A stretch of DNA of 48,754 nucleotides, from assembly GCA_963616385.1 (NCBI GenBank), contig CAVELH010000002.1:1-48754 (forward strand). The letters are read 5' to 3'. The notes below the pieces were generated by a model that did no database searches, was not told where the DNA came from, and was given only the letters and a program-made list of their open reading frames with translations. Positions 39,068 through 48,754 of this stretch are shown piece by piece (the first letter of the stretch is position 1; each line of letters opens with the position of its first letter). Origin of the DNA: a bacterium. Lineage in GTDB: Bacteria; Bacillota; Clostridia; Lachnospirales; Lachnospiraceae. The translations under genes and the position numbers were made by a program.

Positions 39068-39364
39068 TTATGCTCCTGCGAGTGACTGGCTTAACTGCTC
39101 GTCAGTATCCTCAAGAGTATCTGCAACACTTGTAAGCTGTGTGCTGATTCCTTCAAGAATTTCTGGGAACTGCTCAAGAGTTGTCTGCATCTCCTCATAG
39201 CTCTGGAAGAATGCATCCTGTGCTGCACCATCCCATGTTGACTCAAGGCTGTCAACCTCTGAACGAAGATCTGCTAAAATCTGTGTAATCTCATCTGCCT
39301 TATTCTGGAACATTGTTGAGGAATCTCTTAACTCCTCTGGAGTGATAGTAATTCTATCTGCCAT
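39068..39364 (-). CDS. esxA: WXG100-family T7SS protein, EsxA-like
   Basis: RITITPEELR, central WDG, tail ADTLEDTDEQL; AAGGAGG RBS. Confidence 0.9.
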   Translation of the reverse strand: MADRITITPEELRDSSTMFQNKADEITQILADLRSEVDSLESTWDGAAQDAFFQSYEEMQTTLEQFPEILEGISTQLTSVADTLEDTDEQLSQSLAGA

Positions 39365-39445
39365 TTTTTTGTCCTCCTTTTACCTTTTCTTTTTTCTATC
39401 AAAATACAGCAGTGCTGTAATTTGTAGCATCATAAAATACATAAT

Positions 39446-39742
39446 CTAAACTGCTATGTTAGATATCTCATTTTCAATATCAGCATATGTATCTACTGCA
39501 TCCTTAAGTAAATCCCGTATTTCTTCTACTATCTCAACCTGTCTTTTCATATCAGGAATCCATGAGCTGTCATAGTTTGAAAAATACTGTGTACTGGCTG
39601 CTGATTTCCAATCTGTATTTCTAAGATTGTCTATAGCACTTTTCAAATTAGTAAAGGCTGTATTAAGCTCGGTGTATTTATCGCAGTACAACTGGTATGT
39701 ACGACTTAAAGTATCCAAATCAATTTCTAATTTGTTTGCCAT
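39446..39742 (-). CDS. WXG100-like protein
   Basis: 98 aa, central WKS variant of WxG, C-terminal YADIE (YxxxD/E). Confidence 0.8.
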   Translation of the reverse strand: MANKLEIDLDTLSRTYQLYCDKYTELNTAFTNLKSAIDNLRNTDWKSAASTQYFSNYDSSWIPDMKRQVEIVEEIRDLLKDAVDTYADIENEISNIAV

Positions 39743-39753
39743 AACTATTCTCC

Positions 39754-41229
39754 TTATCTAAATACTGTATCTACAATATAATCACCAAGTGTTGGTTTTT
39801 GTACACTTGATCCAGTAACTATATTCCCAATTGATATAGTTGAACCAAATGAAGAACTGCCTGTTGCCGTAAATCCAGTTACTGTAGCTCCAATATTGCC
39901 TAAATTACCAGCATTAAATATAAATCCTGTATCTCCTAATGCACTGTATCCGGTAGTAATTGCAGCTTTGCTCACATCTCTGACATTCTTCACCGTCTTG
40001 TATGTATTCTTAATTCCACTGCTTGTATCGTTATTAATTACTCCATTTTCATTTAATCCATCCAGTGTTATAGATAATGGATCATCTATAAACGATACCA
40101 TCTTGTCAAAATTCTTAAAGCCCTGCGGAACTCCTTTATCATCTACCAGATTTAGTAACGCTGCTGCACCCTTATCTGGGAAATCAACAATTGTTTTACC
40201 AATCTTCTTAAGCTTCTTAATATCCCCATAATCTATACTTGGCAAATGATATTTGACGACCTCACCTAACTCGCTGACATATTCCACGCCTATTACCTTA
40301 CCTTTTTTATTGACGATATTCCTTGCATATGACCATGCATCACCATTTTTTGCAAGATTATCAAGCTCATATTTAGCTGGATTTATTCCTTTAGTATTTA
40401 AGCTTGTGCTATTATTTAATCTTGACTTCCAATTTTTTCCAAATTCTGTAATTCCAGTTACAAATTCTATCGTATCTAATCCTATAAATAACACATCGCC
40501 TATTTCGTCAAAAAATTCTACGCCAAATTGTTCGTTCAGGAATTCTCCTGTATCATCAAACAGGGTTTTCATATCATAATCTGCCCATTCTTTTGCTGCC
40601 TCTTCATCTCCACTTGTATAGCTGATAACCCGGCGTGTGCTACCATACACATCAACCAACGCCTTCGCTGCACCCCAGCCTAAGCCTATTGCAGTAAGCA
40701 CACCCCATACTCCGGAAACAGGGAAACACAATACAAATGCTGCAACCGCTGCAACCGCTATAATAATTTCTCCAACTAACTGTATGACACCACTATCCCA
40801 AAGCCATACAGCAATATCTTTTATTACCTCTATTCTGTCTGTATAATACTTAACAATTCCCTCACACAGCTTCTGGAAAGCACTCTTTTCATACTCAGGC
40901 TGTATGCCATTTGCGTGCATGAAATCATTTGAATCTGCATATAATCTCTGTGCAAGATTTTCTTCCTCATCCTTAACATAATCATATGTATTTCTTAATG
41001 AATCCCGAAATCTTATGAGGTCATTTTTCTTATTTTCAATATCATTTCTTGAATTACCCACATTACCATGTGCCGGCCATTTATGACCATAGTCTCCAGG
41101 AAGTGCCGATATTGAGTTCTGTACACCATTAAGGAAATTAATTCTATCATCATATATATTCAAAATATGACTGCTGATATCATCTATCGCATCATCCCAT
41201 TTGTCGAAATTAATTTTTATCTCGCTCAT
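39754..41229 (-). CDS. Putative T7SS effector: LXG-like N-terminus, central TM hairpin, Gly/Thr-rich C-terminus
   Basis: Helical first ~110 aa with LPG turn; IIIAVAAVAAFVLCFPVSGVWGVLTAIGLGWGAAKAL; flanked by WXG100 genes. Confidence 0.65.
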   Translation of the reverse strand: MSEIKINFDKWDDAIDDISSHILNIYDDRINFLNGVQNSISALPGDYGHKWPAHGNVGNSRNDIENKKNDLIRFRDSLRNTYDYVKDEEENLAQRLYADSNDFMHANGIQPEYEKSAFQKLCEGIVKYYTDRIEVIKDIAVWLWDSGVIQLVGEIIIAVAAVAAFVLCFPVSGVWGVLTAIGLGWGAAKALVDVYGSTRRVISYTSGDEEAAKEWADYDMKTLFDDTGEFLNEQFGVEFFDEIGDVLFIGLDTIEFVTGITEFGKNWKSRLNNSTSLNTKGINPAKYELDNLAKNGDAWSYARNIVNKKGKVIGVEYVSELGEVVKYHLPSIDYGDIKKLKKIGKTIVDFPDKGAAALLNLVDDKGVPQGFKNFDKMVSFIDDPLSITLDGLNENGVINNDTSSGIKNTYKTVKNVRDVSKAAITTGYSALGDTGFIFNAGNLGNIGATVTGFTATGSSSFGSTISIGNIVTGSSVQKPTLGDYIVDTVFR

Positions 41230-41239
41230 GACGTCCTCC

Positions 41240-41536
41240 CTAAATATCTATAAGCTCCTGTAAACGTTCCATCTCTTCTTCTATAATTGCTGCCTGCAAT
41301 TCATCAAGCTCGCTATACAGATTATCATCTGCACTACTCAAATCGTTATCACATTCCGGTGTTCTTGGCACAAGCCCATCTAAATCCCCAGAGGTAAATT
41401 TCATTGTATCAGCCTTTACAGCATTTATAATGTCATCCTCCAAATCACTAAGCTTATTCTTTATTCTGGTAACATCATGCCCACCATCATCAAGCTTTCC
41501 TCTTATACGATTTATCTGCCAGCTATAATCATTCAT
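41240..41536 (-). CDS. Small acidic helical protein, putative effector partner
   Basis: 98 aa, GGAGG RBS, between a WXG100 gene and the effector. Confidence 0.6.
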   Translation of the reverse strand: MNDYSWQINRIRGKLDDGGHDVTRIKNKLSDLEDDIINAVKADTMKFTSGDLDGLVPRTPECDNDLSSADDNLYSELDELQAAIIEEEMERLQELIDI

Positions 41537-41555
41537 CTCTAATACCTCCGTATCA

Positions 41556-41858
41556 TCAGCTCTGACCTGTAAGTCCGTTGCCTATCTCAGCATCCCAGTC
41601 AACATAGCTCTGCTTTATATCCTTAAGGTCATCTCTCATAACCTCCAGCAAATCATACTCATGCGACATATATAATTTAAGTGTATCAAAAGCTTTCTCA
41701 AACTCGTCCTTGGATTTTCCAACCCAATTCCCAAGCAGGTCCTCGGTCTGAGTTTCAAGACTTTCTCTTATATCAGCAAATTCCGTAACCGCTGTATCAA
41801 GAGCACTTATGGCATCATCCATGCCCGAAGTATCTATTCTTTGCACTGTACCGCTCAT
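41556..41858 (-). CDS. WXG100-family T7SS protein
   Basis: 100 aa, central WVG, C-terminal YVDWD (YxxxD). Confidence 0.88.
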   Translation of the reverse strand: MSGTVQRIDTSGMDDAISALDTAVTEFADIRESLETQTEDLLGNWVGKSKDEFEKAFDTLKLYMSHEYDLLEVMRDDLKDIKQSYVDWDAEIGNGLTGQS

Positions 41859-42078
41859 CCTTTTACCCTTCCCTTTCGACTATATTTTGTTGCCGTTCTG
41901 TTTTCTACACCTAAAATGTTACCCTCAAATATGCACAAAAACAAGCCAAGTTATTGTAAAATAGTACGGTTTATGCAGTTATTTCTTAACCTTTATTTGT
42001 CATTTACATTACACACATTTTACATTTGTATATTTGTCTTTTTCTCTTCACACAGTCTTAACATCTTTAACATTTATC

Positions 42079-45000
42079 TTACATTTCATCCGTAAGGAAT
42101 GTCTTAATTTTAACAATCTTGCTTCCTGCAAAATAATATGCATCTCCAGGAACCAGTGCTTTAGAATAAGATCTTGCTATCTTTGGTGTGATATCTACAA
42201 TCTTGATATTAGCCATATCCTCAAATATATAGTACTTTTTCTGTTCCTTAATATACTTAATTGCATCATAAGTATTAAATGCAATAGCAGCATTTTCAAA
42301 GCTGGCGAAAAGTACCATAAATTTATATTTCTTGTACTCCTTTATAAATTTATTCATAAATGCCTGAAGCTCTTTTTTCTTTGCTATTTCGTTAAGCACC
42401 TGTTTGTCATTAATTACAAATAATATATATGGTGCCTCAGCAAAGTTATAGTTGCTTCTTCCCGCTACATCTATATCCTCCTGACGCTTAATCATAATCT
42501 CATCTATCTTTTCCATGAAGCTCTGGGTGTCCGCAGCCTTAACAGAATATGCCTTAACTGTTGTATTATTCTCATATTCCTTAAGCTCTCCCTCGTCATT
42601 ATCAAGAATATATATGTTAGATGGATATTCAAAAATATTCTTTTCAAAATGATTAAGTATAAGCTTAGTAAGATTTGTTTTTCCTTTACCCTCTCCTCCA
42701 GTAATAACCATATAATTTTCTGCCATAAGGTCGATATACTGATAATCAACATTTGCATAATCAATAGCGTATGGCAGCTTGGACAAATCTGAATACAACT
42801 CAGGATTGTTTTTCATAACCACACTTTCGACTACCATCTTAGGTACAACAGGTATAATTCTGGCTCTGCCTCCAGTAAACCTGGCAGAATTATTTGTTAT
42901 GAACTTCTTCATATTCTCTACTCGTTCAATCTCTTTATTACCCTCAAAAGCAAGAGCTGTCTGAAATTCCTTAACCTGCTTATCTATCATGCATAAGCCT
43001 CTACCCGCAGTTTCCTTAGGCTCTATCCTGCATCTTCCAAATAAATTTGCATACTCTGCTTTCTCAGTGCAGAAAAGCACGAGCCTTGTGCCATAATTTG
43101 CAAGAGCTTTAAATCCAAATGAGTTAGCCTGCGTACCCGTAACTATAAGATTTATACCTACACTAATACCATTTCGCGATAAACTGAGTAAAATATCAAA
43201 GTAATCTGCATACTGCTCTCTGAAAACAGCAACATTATCGAGTATAACCAGTATCTGAGGGACATCCTTAAAGCCCGCTTCAATATATGCACTGAATGTA
43301 CCCAGCCCCTTTTTAGAGAAAATTTCTTTACGTTCCTCAATAAATCCCTGTAGCATTTTAAACAGATTTACAAGCTTTTCTTCCTCAGAGCCTAAAACAA
43401 CTCCACCAACCTGCTTTGCCTCCTCAAATATTTTTAATGCCATATTTCCACAGTCAATAATATAAATGTTAATATCCTCAGGTGAATATTTATCTAACAG
43501 ATTATAAAGTATTGTCTGAACCATGGTTGTCTTACCCATCTGTGAGGCTCCTGCAATATACACATTGCTATCTGACAGATTAATAGTAAGCTCCTTCTGT
43601 AACTGCTGCTCAGGATCATCATATATACCTATATTCACGCATATTGACTGACTTGTTGTCTTATCAAAGCTTGATATTTCCTTCATGTACAACACATCCT
43701 TAAGAGGCGGCTGGCATATTCCCGGTAATCTCTTTATATTCTCTGCTTCACAATAGTCATGTGTGTATTTAACTATAGCCTCAAGCTGTGTAAGTGCCTT
43801 ATCATCATCATCCTTTTTCTTATTAGAAAATACAACACTTCTCTTTCCCCATAAATTAAGCTCTTTTAATTCAAATGTTTTTTCATCACCCACGGCATTA
43901 GATGCCTTGGCTCCACTATATGCAGATTGAAATAATTCAAAAATCTCATTATTACCAACTTGAAAATATGCACGTCCAGGTTCCTTTATTTCAGCTGCAA
44001 GCGGGGACTTAATAACCTCATTACTATCTTCCTTAGTCTGTACCTTAAGACACAGCTTAAACTTGGAATTAGACCAAATCTGATTATCTACAACGCCAGC
44101 CGGCTTCTGTGTGGCAAGAATAAGGTGCACACCAAGTGTTCTTCCTATTCGGGCAGCACTTACAATTTCCTTCATAAAGTCTGGATATTCTGCCTTTAAC
44201 TCGGCAAATTCATCACAAACCATAATCAGATGTGGCATAGGAATTGTAACCTCGCCCTTTTTATATTTTTTTATATAATCACTAATATTATTAACACCAG
44301 CTTCTGCAAATATCTCCTGTCTCTTTATAAGCTCTGCCTTAATAGAAAGCAGCGAACGATTTATTTCCCTACCATCTATATTTGTTATTGTTCCTATCAG
44401 ATGAGGCAAATCCTTAAACTGATTCGCCATTCCTCCTCCCTTGAAATCAATTATCATAAATCCAACATCATAAGGATGGAAAAGAGTTGCCATTGATAAT
44501 ATATAGCTTTGAATTATCTCTGACTTACCAGAACCAGTTGTACCGGCAACCAAGCCATGAGGTCCATGCTTTTTATCACTTAAATCGAGATAAACCAATG
44601 TCTCATTGCCTCGTATTCCCAATGGTGCTGCCATCGATTTATATACCTGAGAGGCTGCCCAACGAGACTTCAAATCCAAGTCATCTACCTTCATGATATC
44701 TAACATTTCAAATAAAGTTATATTGTGCAATGTACTTTCAACACTCACCTGATTAACATACACTGAGCCAAGCTTAAGCATAGCCTTATTGAATGCGTCC
44801 ATATTTACATTATTGTATATAAATGATGCTTTCATATCACCATCATGTGCATTTACAAGCAACCCCTTAGAATTATCTGTAAGTGTTATTACCCTGTCAG
44901 CCTCCATAGGAATACATTCTCTATGCTCCTCTAAAAATATAAATATACATTTAAGCTCCCTTCCTCTTCCATAGTATCTGGAAATCGGATGATTATTTAT

Positions 45001-46647
45001 ACTTTCTGACTTCACTATGAATATGACAAAATATGGTACATCTATATCGCCTGCGGTAGACTCCGCAATACTCTCACGACGCAATAACTCTTTATATATA
45101 TTCTCAAATATATACTTCACGGATTCCTCATCATATATAAAATTCCTTATTCCACCCTGACCACATGTGATGTTTTTCAACCATCTCATTCCATAGAAAA
45201 ATTTCTTATCCTTCTCGTCAAATACATAGAACAATTTAATATCATCGTAAAAATGAGTTACTGACAAATCTGTGGTAATAATTGATACCATATTAAGAAG
45301 CGCCTCATGTGTACCAACGAATCCAACTGTATTACATTCTCTTAATGCAATAACAATCGGTGCATTGTCGATATATTCATATGAATCAGCAAGCTTTTCA
45401 GGATAATCTATTATCTTATCCTCTGTATCCTTAAATTCCTGCTTCGTATATTCTACCTGCTGTAAAGACCTGACCTTTCCTGTTCCAAGACGAACAGTAA
45501 GAAAATCGTCATCTGTTCTTGTTCTTTCAAACAGCCTTGTATCAAAATCAAATACCTCCTGAAGCTCCTCCTCCACTCTGTAATATTTATCATTTAATAT
45601 CTCTAATTCTTTTTCCCTTTTATTCTTAATCTCTGTCTCTTTTTCATTTATGTATTCTGTATATTGCTGTTCTCTGTGCTCTACATCCTTTTTGTATTGA
45701 TTTTTATTTACAAAATATGTGATAAAGGAGGTAGCAATGCCCATCAGCATCATAGCTCCGCTATACATAATAAACATTTTGTTTGATGACATTCTTCCTC
45801 TTATTGAAATCATAAGAACAAGCGTAATAATACTTGGTATGATACTCATCAGAAAATTCTTTTTATCCTTCTGTGGTGCAGGCTTTGGCATCAATACCTC
45901 TATAGCTTCCTCCTTTATATTTCTCCGTATGCGTACATTTCTCATAAATTGTGGAAATGAATGGAAGCTTTTTGAGTCCAAAACATCAACATATGACAAA
46001 CCATTAAGTTTTTTGAAATCCTGCTTTGATGTATAAAGGCAGTCACCACTCAGATAAAAACCTACTCCGTCAAGCATAAAAAAATCAGAATTATGTATAA
46101 TTTGTTCCGTACCTGACATTTTAGAACCATTGATATAAATACCATTTTTACAATCATTATCAATTATCTTATAATTATTTTCACACGCAATAAGAGTTAA
46201 TACATCCCCCTGCACCAACGGATTAGTTATGTAAATATCACAAAATTCACGTCCACCTATACTTATTTGTTGTCTCCCCGAAATATTTATTGCCCTGTCA
46301 TAATTGTAATCCTGATCATCGAAATTAATAAGAAATGAGATATGAAATAAAAGCGACTTGCTCTCTTTATATTTTAATGTTATATCCGTTCCATGTATAA
46401 GCTCCATAGAACGGAGCTTCATAATCCCCTTAGAATCTATGTATATGTTATCTCCACACATCAGCTTCCAGCCATATTCCGTTTTGATAAACTCCAGCAT
46501 TATATCATCAAAAAATCTATCCCTGTCAAAACGAACATTGCAGTGTTTATATGTTCCTACACAAAATATTCCATTTTCTGTTTCTTCAAGCGGAATTTCA
46601 TGGTAAAAACCACTTCCATATATAATAAGCTTATAATTGTAATCCAT
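42079..46647 (-). CDS. essC: T7SS FtsK/SpoIIIE ATPase EssC
   Basis: N-terminal FHA-like region (NGIYING), two TM helices, D1 HGPHGLVAGTTGSGKSE...DEFAELK...RIGRTLGVHLILATQKP, D2 GASQMGKT, D3 GGEGKGKT; start moved to 46647 (GGAGG RBS). Confidence 0.95.
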   Translation of the reverse strand: MDYNYKLIIYGSGFYHEIPLEETENGIFCVGTYKHCNVRFDRDRFFDDIMLEFIKTEYGWKLMCGDNIYIDSKGIMKLRSMELIHGTDITLKYKESKSLLFHISFLINFDDQDYNYDRAINISGRQQISIGGREFCDIYITNPLVQGDVLTLIACENNYKIIDNDCKNGIYINGSKMSGTEQIIHNSDFFMLDGVGFYLSGDCLYTSKQDFKKLNGLSYVDVLDSKSFHSFPQFMRNVRIRRNIKEEAIEVLMPKPAPQKDKKNFLMSIIPSIITLVLMISIRGRMSSNKMFIMYSGAMMLMGIATSFITYFVNKNQYKKDVEHREQQYTEYINEKETEIKNKREKELEILNDKYYRVEEELQEVFDFDTRLFERTRTDDDFLTVRLGTGKVRSLQQVEYTKQEFKDTEDKIIDYPEKLADSYEYIDNAPIVIALRECNTVGFVGTHEALLNMVSIITTDLSVTHFYDDIKLFYVFDEKDKKFFYGMRWLKNITCGQGGIRNFIYDEESVKYIFENIYKELLRRESIAESTAGDIDVPYFVIFIVKSESINNHPISRYYGRGRELKCIFIFLEEHRECIPMEADRVITLTDNSKGLLVNAHDGDMKASFIYNNVNMDAFNKAMLKLGSVYVNQVSVESTLHNITLFEMLDIMKVDDLDLKSRWAASQVYKSMAAPLGIRGNETLVYLDLSDKKHGPHGLVAGTTGSGKSEIIQSYILSMATLFHPYDVGFMIIDFKGGGMANQFKDLPHLIGTITNIDGREINRSLLSIKAELIKRQEIFAEAGVNNISDYIKKYKKGEVTIPMPHLIMVCDEFAELKAEYPDFMKEIVSAARIGRTLGVHLILATQKPAGVVDNQIWSNSKFKLCLKVQTKEDSNEVIKSPLAAEIKEPGRAYFQVGNNEIFELFQSAYSGAKASNAVGDEKTFELKELNLWGKRSVVFSNKKKDDDDKALTQLEAIVKYTHDYCEAENIKRLPGICQPPLKDVLYMKEISSFDKTTSQSICVNIGIYDDPEQQLQKELTINLSDSNVYIAGASQMGKTTMVQTILYNLLDKYSPEDINIYIIDCGNMALKIFEEAKQVGGVVLGSEEEKLVNLFKMLQGFIEERKEIFSKKGLGTFSAYIEAGFKDVPQILVILDNVAVFREQYADYFDILLSLSRNGISVGINLIVTGTQANSFGFKALANYGTRLVLFCTEKAEYANLFGRCRIEPKETAGRGLCMIDKQVKEFQTALAFEGNKEIERVENMKKFITNNSARFTGGRARIIPVVPKMVVESVVMKNNPELYSDLSKLPYAIDYANVDYQYIDLMAENYMVITGGEGKGKTNLTKLILNHFEKNIFEYPSNIYILDNDEGELKEYENNTTVKAYSVKAADTQSFMEKIDEIMIKRQEDIDVAGRSNYNFAEAPYILFVINDKQVLNEIAKKKELQAFMNKFIKEYKKYKFMVLFASFENAAIAFNTYDAIKYIKEQKKYYIFEDMANIKIVDITPKIARSYSKALVPGDAYYFAGSKIVKIKTFLTDEM

Positions 46648-46661
46648 TTTTCCTCCCTCTG

Positions 46662-46907
46662 TTAAACATGAATACATGTTCCATTTTTTAGATTATATTC
46701 TGCCAATAATCTTCCACCCTTAAGTAAAGCAATGGGATTTTCAGCCTTAAGATATCTCTGGTTGATATCATTTGTATCAATATTCAGACCATATGCACTG
46801 TTTAGTGCAAGCACAAGATCGTTGGCGGTTATATCAAGTGGTACCTCTACATCATGCTGCTCATTTCTTTCTACAATATTTAAAACAATTACTACTTTGT
46901 CTGCCAT
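46662..46907 (-). CDS. EsaB/YukD-family ubiquitin-like T7SS protein
   Basis: 81 aa from ATG 46907 (AAGGAGG RBS); DVEVPLDITANDLV...LAEYNLKNGT pattern; immediately upstream of essC. Confidence 0.85.
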   Translation of the reverse strand: MADKVVIVLNIVERNEQHDVEVPLDITANDLVLALNSAYGLNIDTNDINQRYLKAENPIALLKGGRLLAEYNLKNGTCIHV

Positions 46908-46932
46908 ACATATCCTCCTTATTATCATTCCT

Positions 46933-47988
46933 CTAAAGAAGCAGCATTGCTGTATCCTTATACATGTGAGCATGCCGCATAGACGCTATAGTCTGTTCAT
47001 TCAATAATTCTGTTTCTTCTACATATTGAGTTATTGTACAATTAGAAAGATACTCACTTTCAATTATGCAATTCCTGTCTGTCGCATCGTATCTGTTACA
47101 TACAAACATGAATTTTCTTTCATCAGAATAATCAAAATTTTCCAGCATACTTTCGCTTTTCCACACCGATAAAGCGTCCTGTTTTAAAATGGTGAGGATT
47201 TTATCACATATACTCATAATCATAAGATTAAATTCATCTAATACCCCATCCGTATCCACTACTATATAGTCATACTTCTTTTCCTTTATCAGCTCCTGAA
47301 TAAAATATATGTAATCCTTTTTTTCAATACCATATGTTACCAGTGCTCCCTGAATAGGTTTTATATAATCAAATTCCTCATTGCCAGTATAATTTATAAG
47401 ATTTGACATTATATCCTTTGCCTCAACAGATAGCTCCTGACAAAACATGGCATTTACATATTCCCTATTTCTCATATACCATTGGAAAGACTGCACCGAT
47501 TCCACATTCAGATATAAAACCTGCTTATTATAATCAGCTAATTCGCTGCAAATATTTAACGCTACTGTTGTCTTTCCAGAGCCGCCAACTGGTGAATACA
47601 CCAAAATAGTTTTCGTATCTCCTATCTTTTCTTCTGAATATTCTCTTAGCTGCTTATCAAGCTTTCCTGAAATTTTATAAATAATTTCTCTGACACTTGA
47701 ATATTTATATATACTTACAAACCCCTCCCGATTGCTTATATCCTCCGGATCATCCTCCAGTACAAAAACCATACCTATATTCTGCCTGTCAACAGCATCT
47801 ATATATTGATTTTTATCAATTACCAATACATCTATTTTTTGAGGCCGGCTAAAATACCAGTTGAAGTACTCTTTATCTGTTATAAGAGTTATTTCAGCAT
47901 AATCTCCCATTCCTCTAAGCAATCCTATCTCCAGACAGGAAAGATATATTTCGTCAAAAACACAAACAACCATTGAAACCTTATTCAT
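46933..47988 (-). CDS. CpaE/MinD/ParA-like P-loop ATPase with receiver-like N-terminus
   Basis: VYSPVGGSGKTT, VLYLNVE, YDYIVVD, VCNRY; N-terminal DEIYLSCL...IDVLVID...IYKYSS. Confidence 0.8.
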   Translation of the reverse strand: MNKVSMVVCVFDEIYLSCLEIGLLRGMGDYAEITLITDKEYFNWYFSRPQKIDVLVIDKNQYIDAVDRQNIGMVFVLEDDPEDISNREGFVSIYKYSSVREIIYKISGKLDKQLREYSEEKIGDTKTILVYSPVGGSGKTTVALNICSELADYNKQVLYLNVESVQSFQWYMRNREYVNAMFCQELSVEAKDIMSNLINYTGNEEFDYIKPIQGALVTYGIEKKDYIYFIQELIKEKKYDYIVVDTDGVLDEFNLMIMSICDKILTILKQDALSVWKSESMLENFDYSDERKFMFVCNRYDATDRNCIIESEYLSNCTITQYVEETELLNEQTIASMRHAHMYKDTAMLLL

Positions 47989-48000
47989 AAATATCTCTCC

Positions 48001-48754
48001 TTAAATTTTGCTTACAGTATATCGACAATCCGCGATATCTATAACGTCACCTATATTAATCTCTGTATAGCAATCAGGCACAGCCTGTTCACCATTTATG
48101 TATGTTCCATTTGTACTCCCAAGGTCTTTAACAAATATTTTATCCTCGGCTACAACAAACTCACAATGTACACGACTGACTGCTGTTGATGAATGTATTG
48201 TACAATTTACTCCTTCTGTACCCTTACCGACAATATAATTAATGTCATTTACTATAATATCTGTGTTCTTCGCAGGATTATCAGAAACAAGTATAAAGTA
48301 ACCAAATACCATTTCCCTGCCTGCTGCCTGCTTTACAGCTGCATTTTCCTCAATATTTCGTATTCCGTATTTTTTGTTATTAAATGCATTTTGTATATCA
48401 TCCAGAGATAAAGCAGAATCCATACAATCATGAAACAGAACATCTACATATTTATCATTCATACATTCCGACTGATAAAGCATTGTCGTAATAAGCGTTC
48501 TGACATTTTCCTCAAAGGATTTATATGTATCCTTATTGCTTATAATAGCTACTGGCAAACAAACAAGCCTCACATTAAGTTTATCATCTATAAATATTTT
48601 ATTAGGTCTTATATCTACTGTCTCAATCTGTGTAAAGCTGTCAGTCCTTATTTTTATTATTATTGATATAAGATTTTCAATAACTGTCATTATATCCTGT
48701 GGTCTCGCAGATACAGAAAAACGTTCTAAGCTATTTAAACCCTCTGTATCATAC
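48001..48754 (-). CDS. FHA-domain protein with DUF6382-like (kinase-fold-like) N-terminal part, 5'-truncated by the window edge
   Basis: FHA motifs VGK...VSRVH...DLGSTNGTYING; the frame is open upstream of the track start to the window end (YDTEGLNSLERF...), with RPNKIFID...LVCLPV. Confidence 0.8.
   Translation of the reverse strand, partial: YDTEGLNSLERFSVSARPQDIMTVIENLISIIIKIRTDSFTQIETVDIRPNKIFIDDKLNVRLVCLPVAIISNKDTYKSFEENVRTLITTMLYQSECMNDKYVDVLFHDCMDSALSLDDIQNAFNNKKYGIRNIEENAAVKQAAGREMVFGYFILVSDNPAKNTDIIVNDINYIVGKGTEGVNCTIHSSTAVSRVHCEFVVAEDKIFVKDLGSTNGTYINGEQAVPDCYTEINIGDVIDIADCRYTVSKI

Noticed and set aside
41957..41964. TAAAATAG also present in the 2706-2724 palindrome, suggesting a shared T7SS operator
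   Set aside because: Only an 8-bp AT-rich half-site with no matching second half; expected by chance.
3303..48666. Numerous 60-160-aa track ORFs antisense to or nested in long genes
   Set aside because: Shadow frames of well-supported genes, without RBS or recognisable motifs.
1..48754. Integrase, transposase, prophage, rRNA or tRNA genes bounding the accessory regions
   Set aside because: None recognisable in the window.

Overview
Low-GC Clostridia-type chromosome segment (gene content suggests Lachnospiraceae; inference), mostly transcribed on the minus strand. The centre holds housekeeping and cell-surface genes: phosphohexomutase, PEGA lipoprotein, CotS-like protein, cca, proS, RluA-type synthase, MerR-HTH protein, DUF885 lipoprotein, zinc-ribbon membrane protein, hybrid histidine kinase, a GtrA-YfhO fusion, a CBM4-GH9 lipoprotein, His6-type hisA, a SpoVK/CbbX AAA+ ATPase and three glycosyltransferases. 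The right end is an atypical type VII secretion (T7SSb-like) locus: FHA protein, CpaE/MinD-like ATPase, YukD/EsaB, EssC, several WXG100 proteins and an LXG-like effector, followed by two TPR paralogues, two membrane proteins and an Mre11/Rad50-like pair. The left end is a separate orphan T7SS-style cassette (three small helical proteins, a putative membrane-active effector and a candidate immunity gene missed by the ORF track). Two intergenic ~145-bp long hairpins share a covarying apical core and look like a family of structured repeat elements. All family calls come from motif recognition by eye; no database searches were run.
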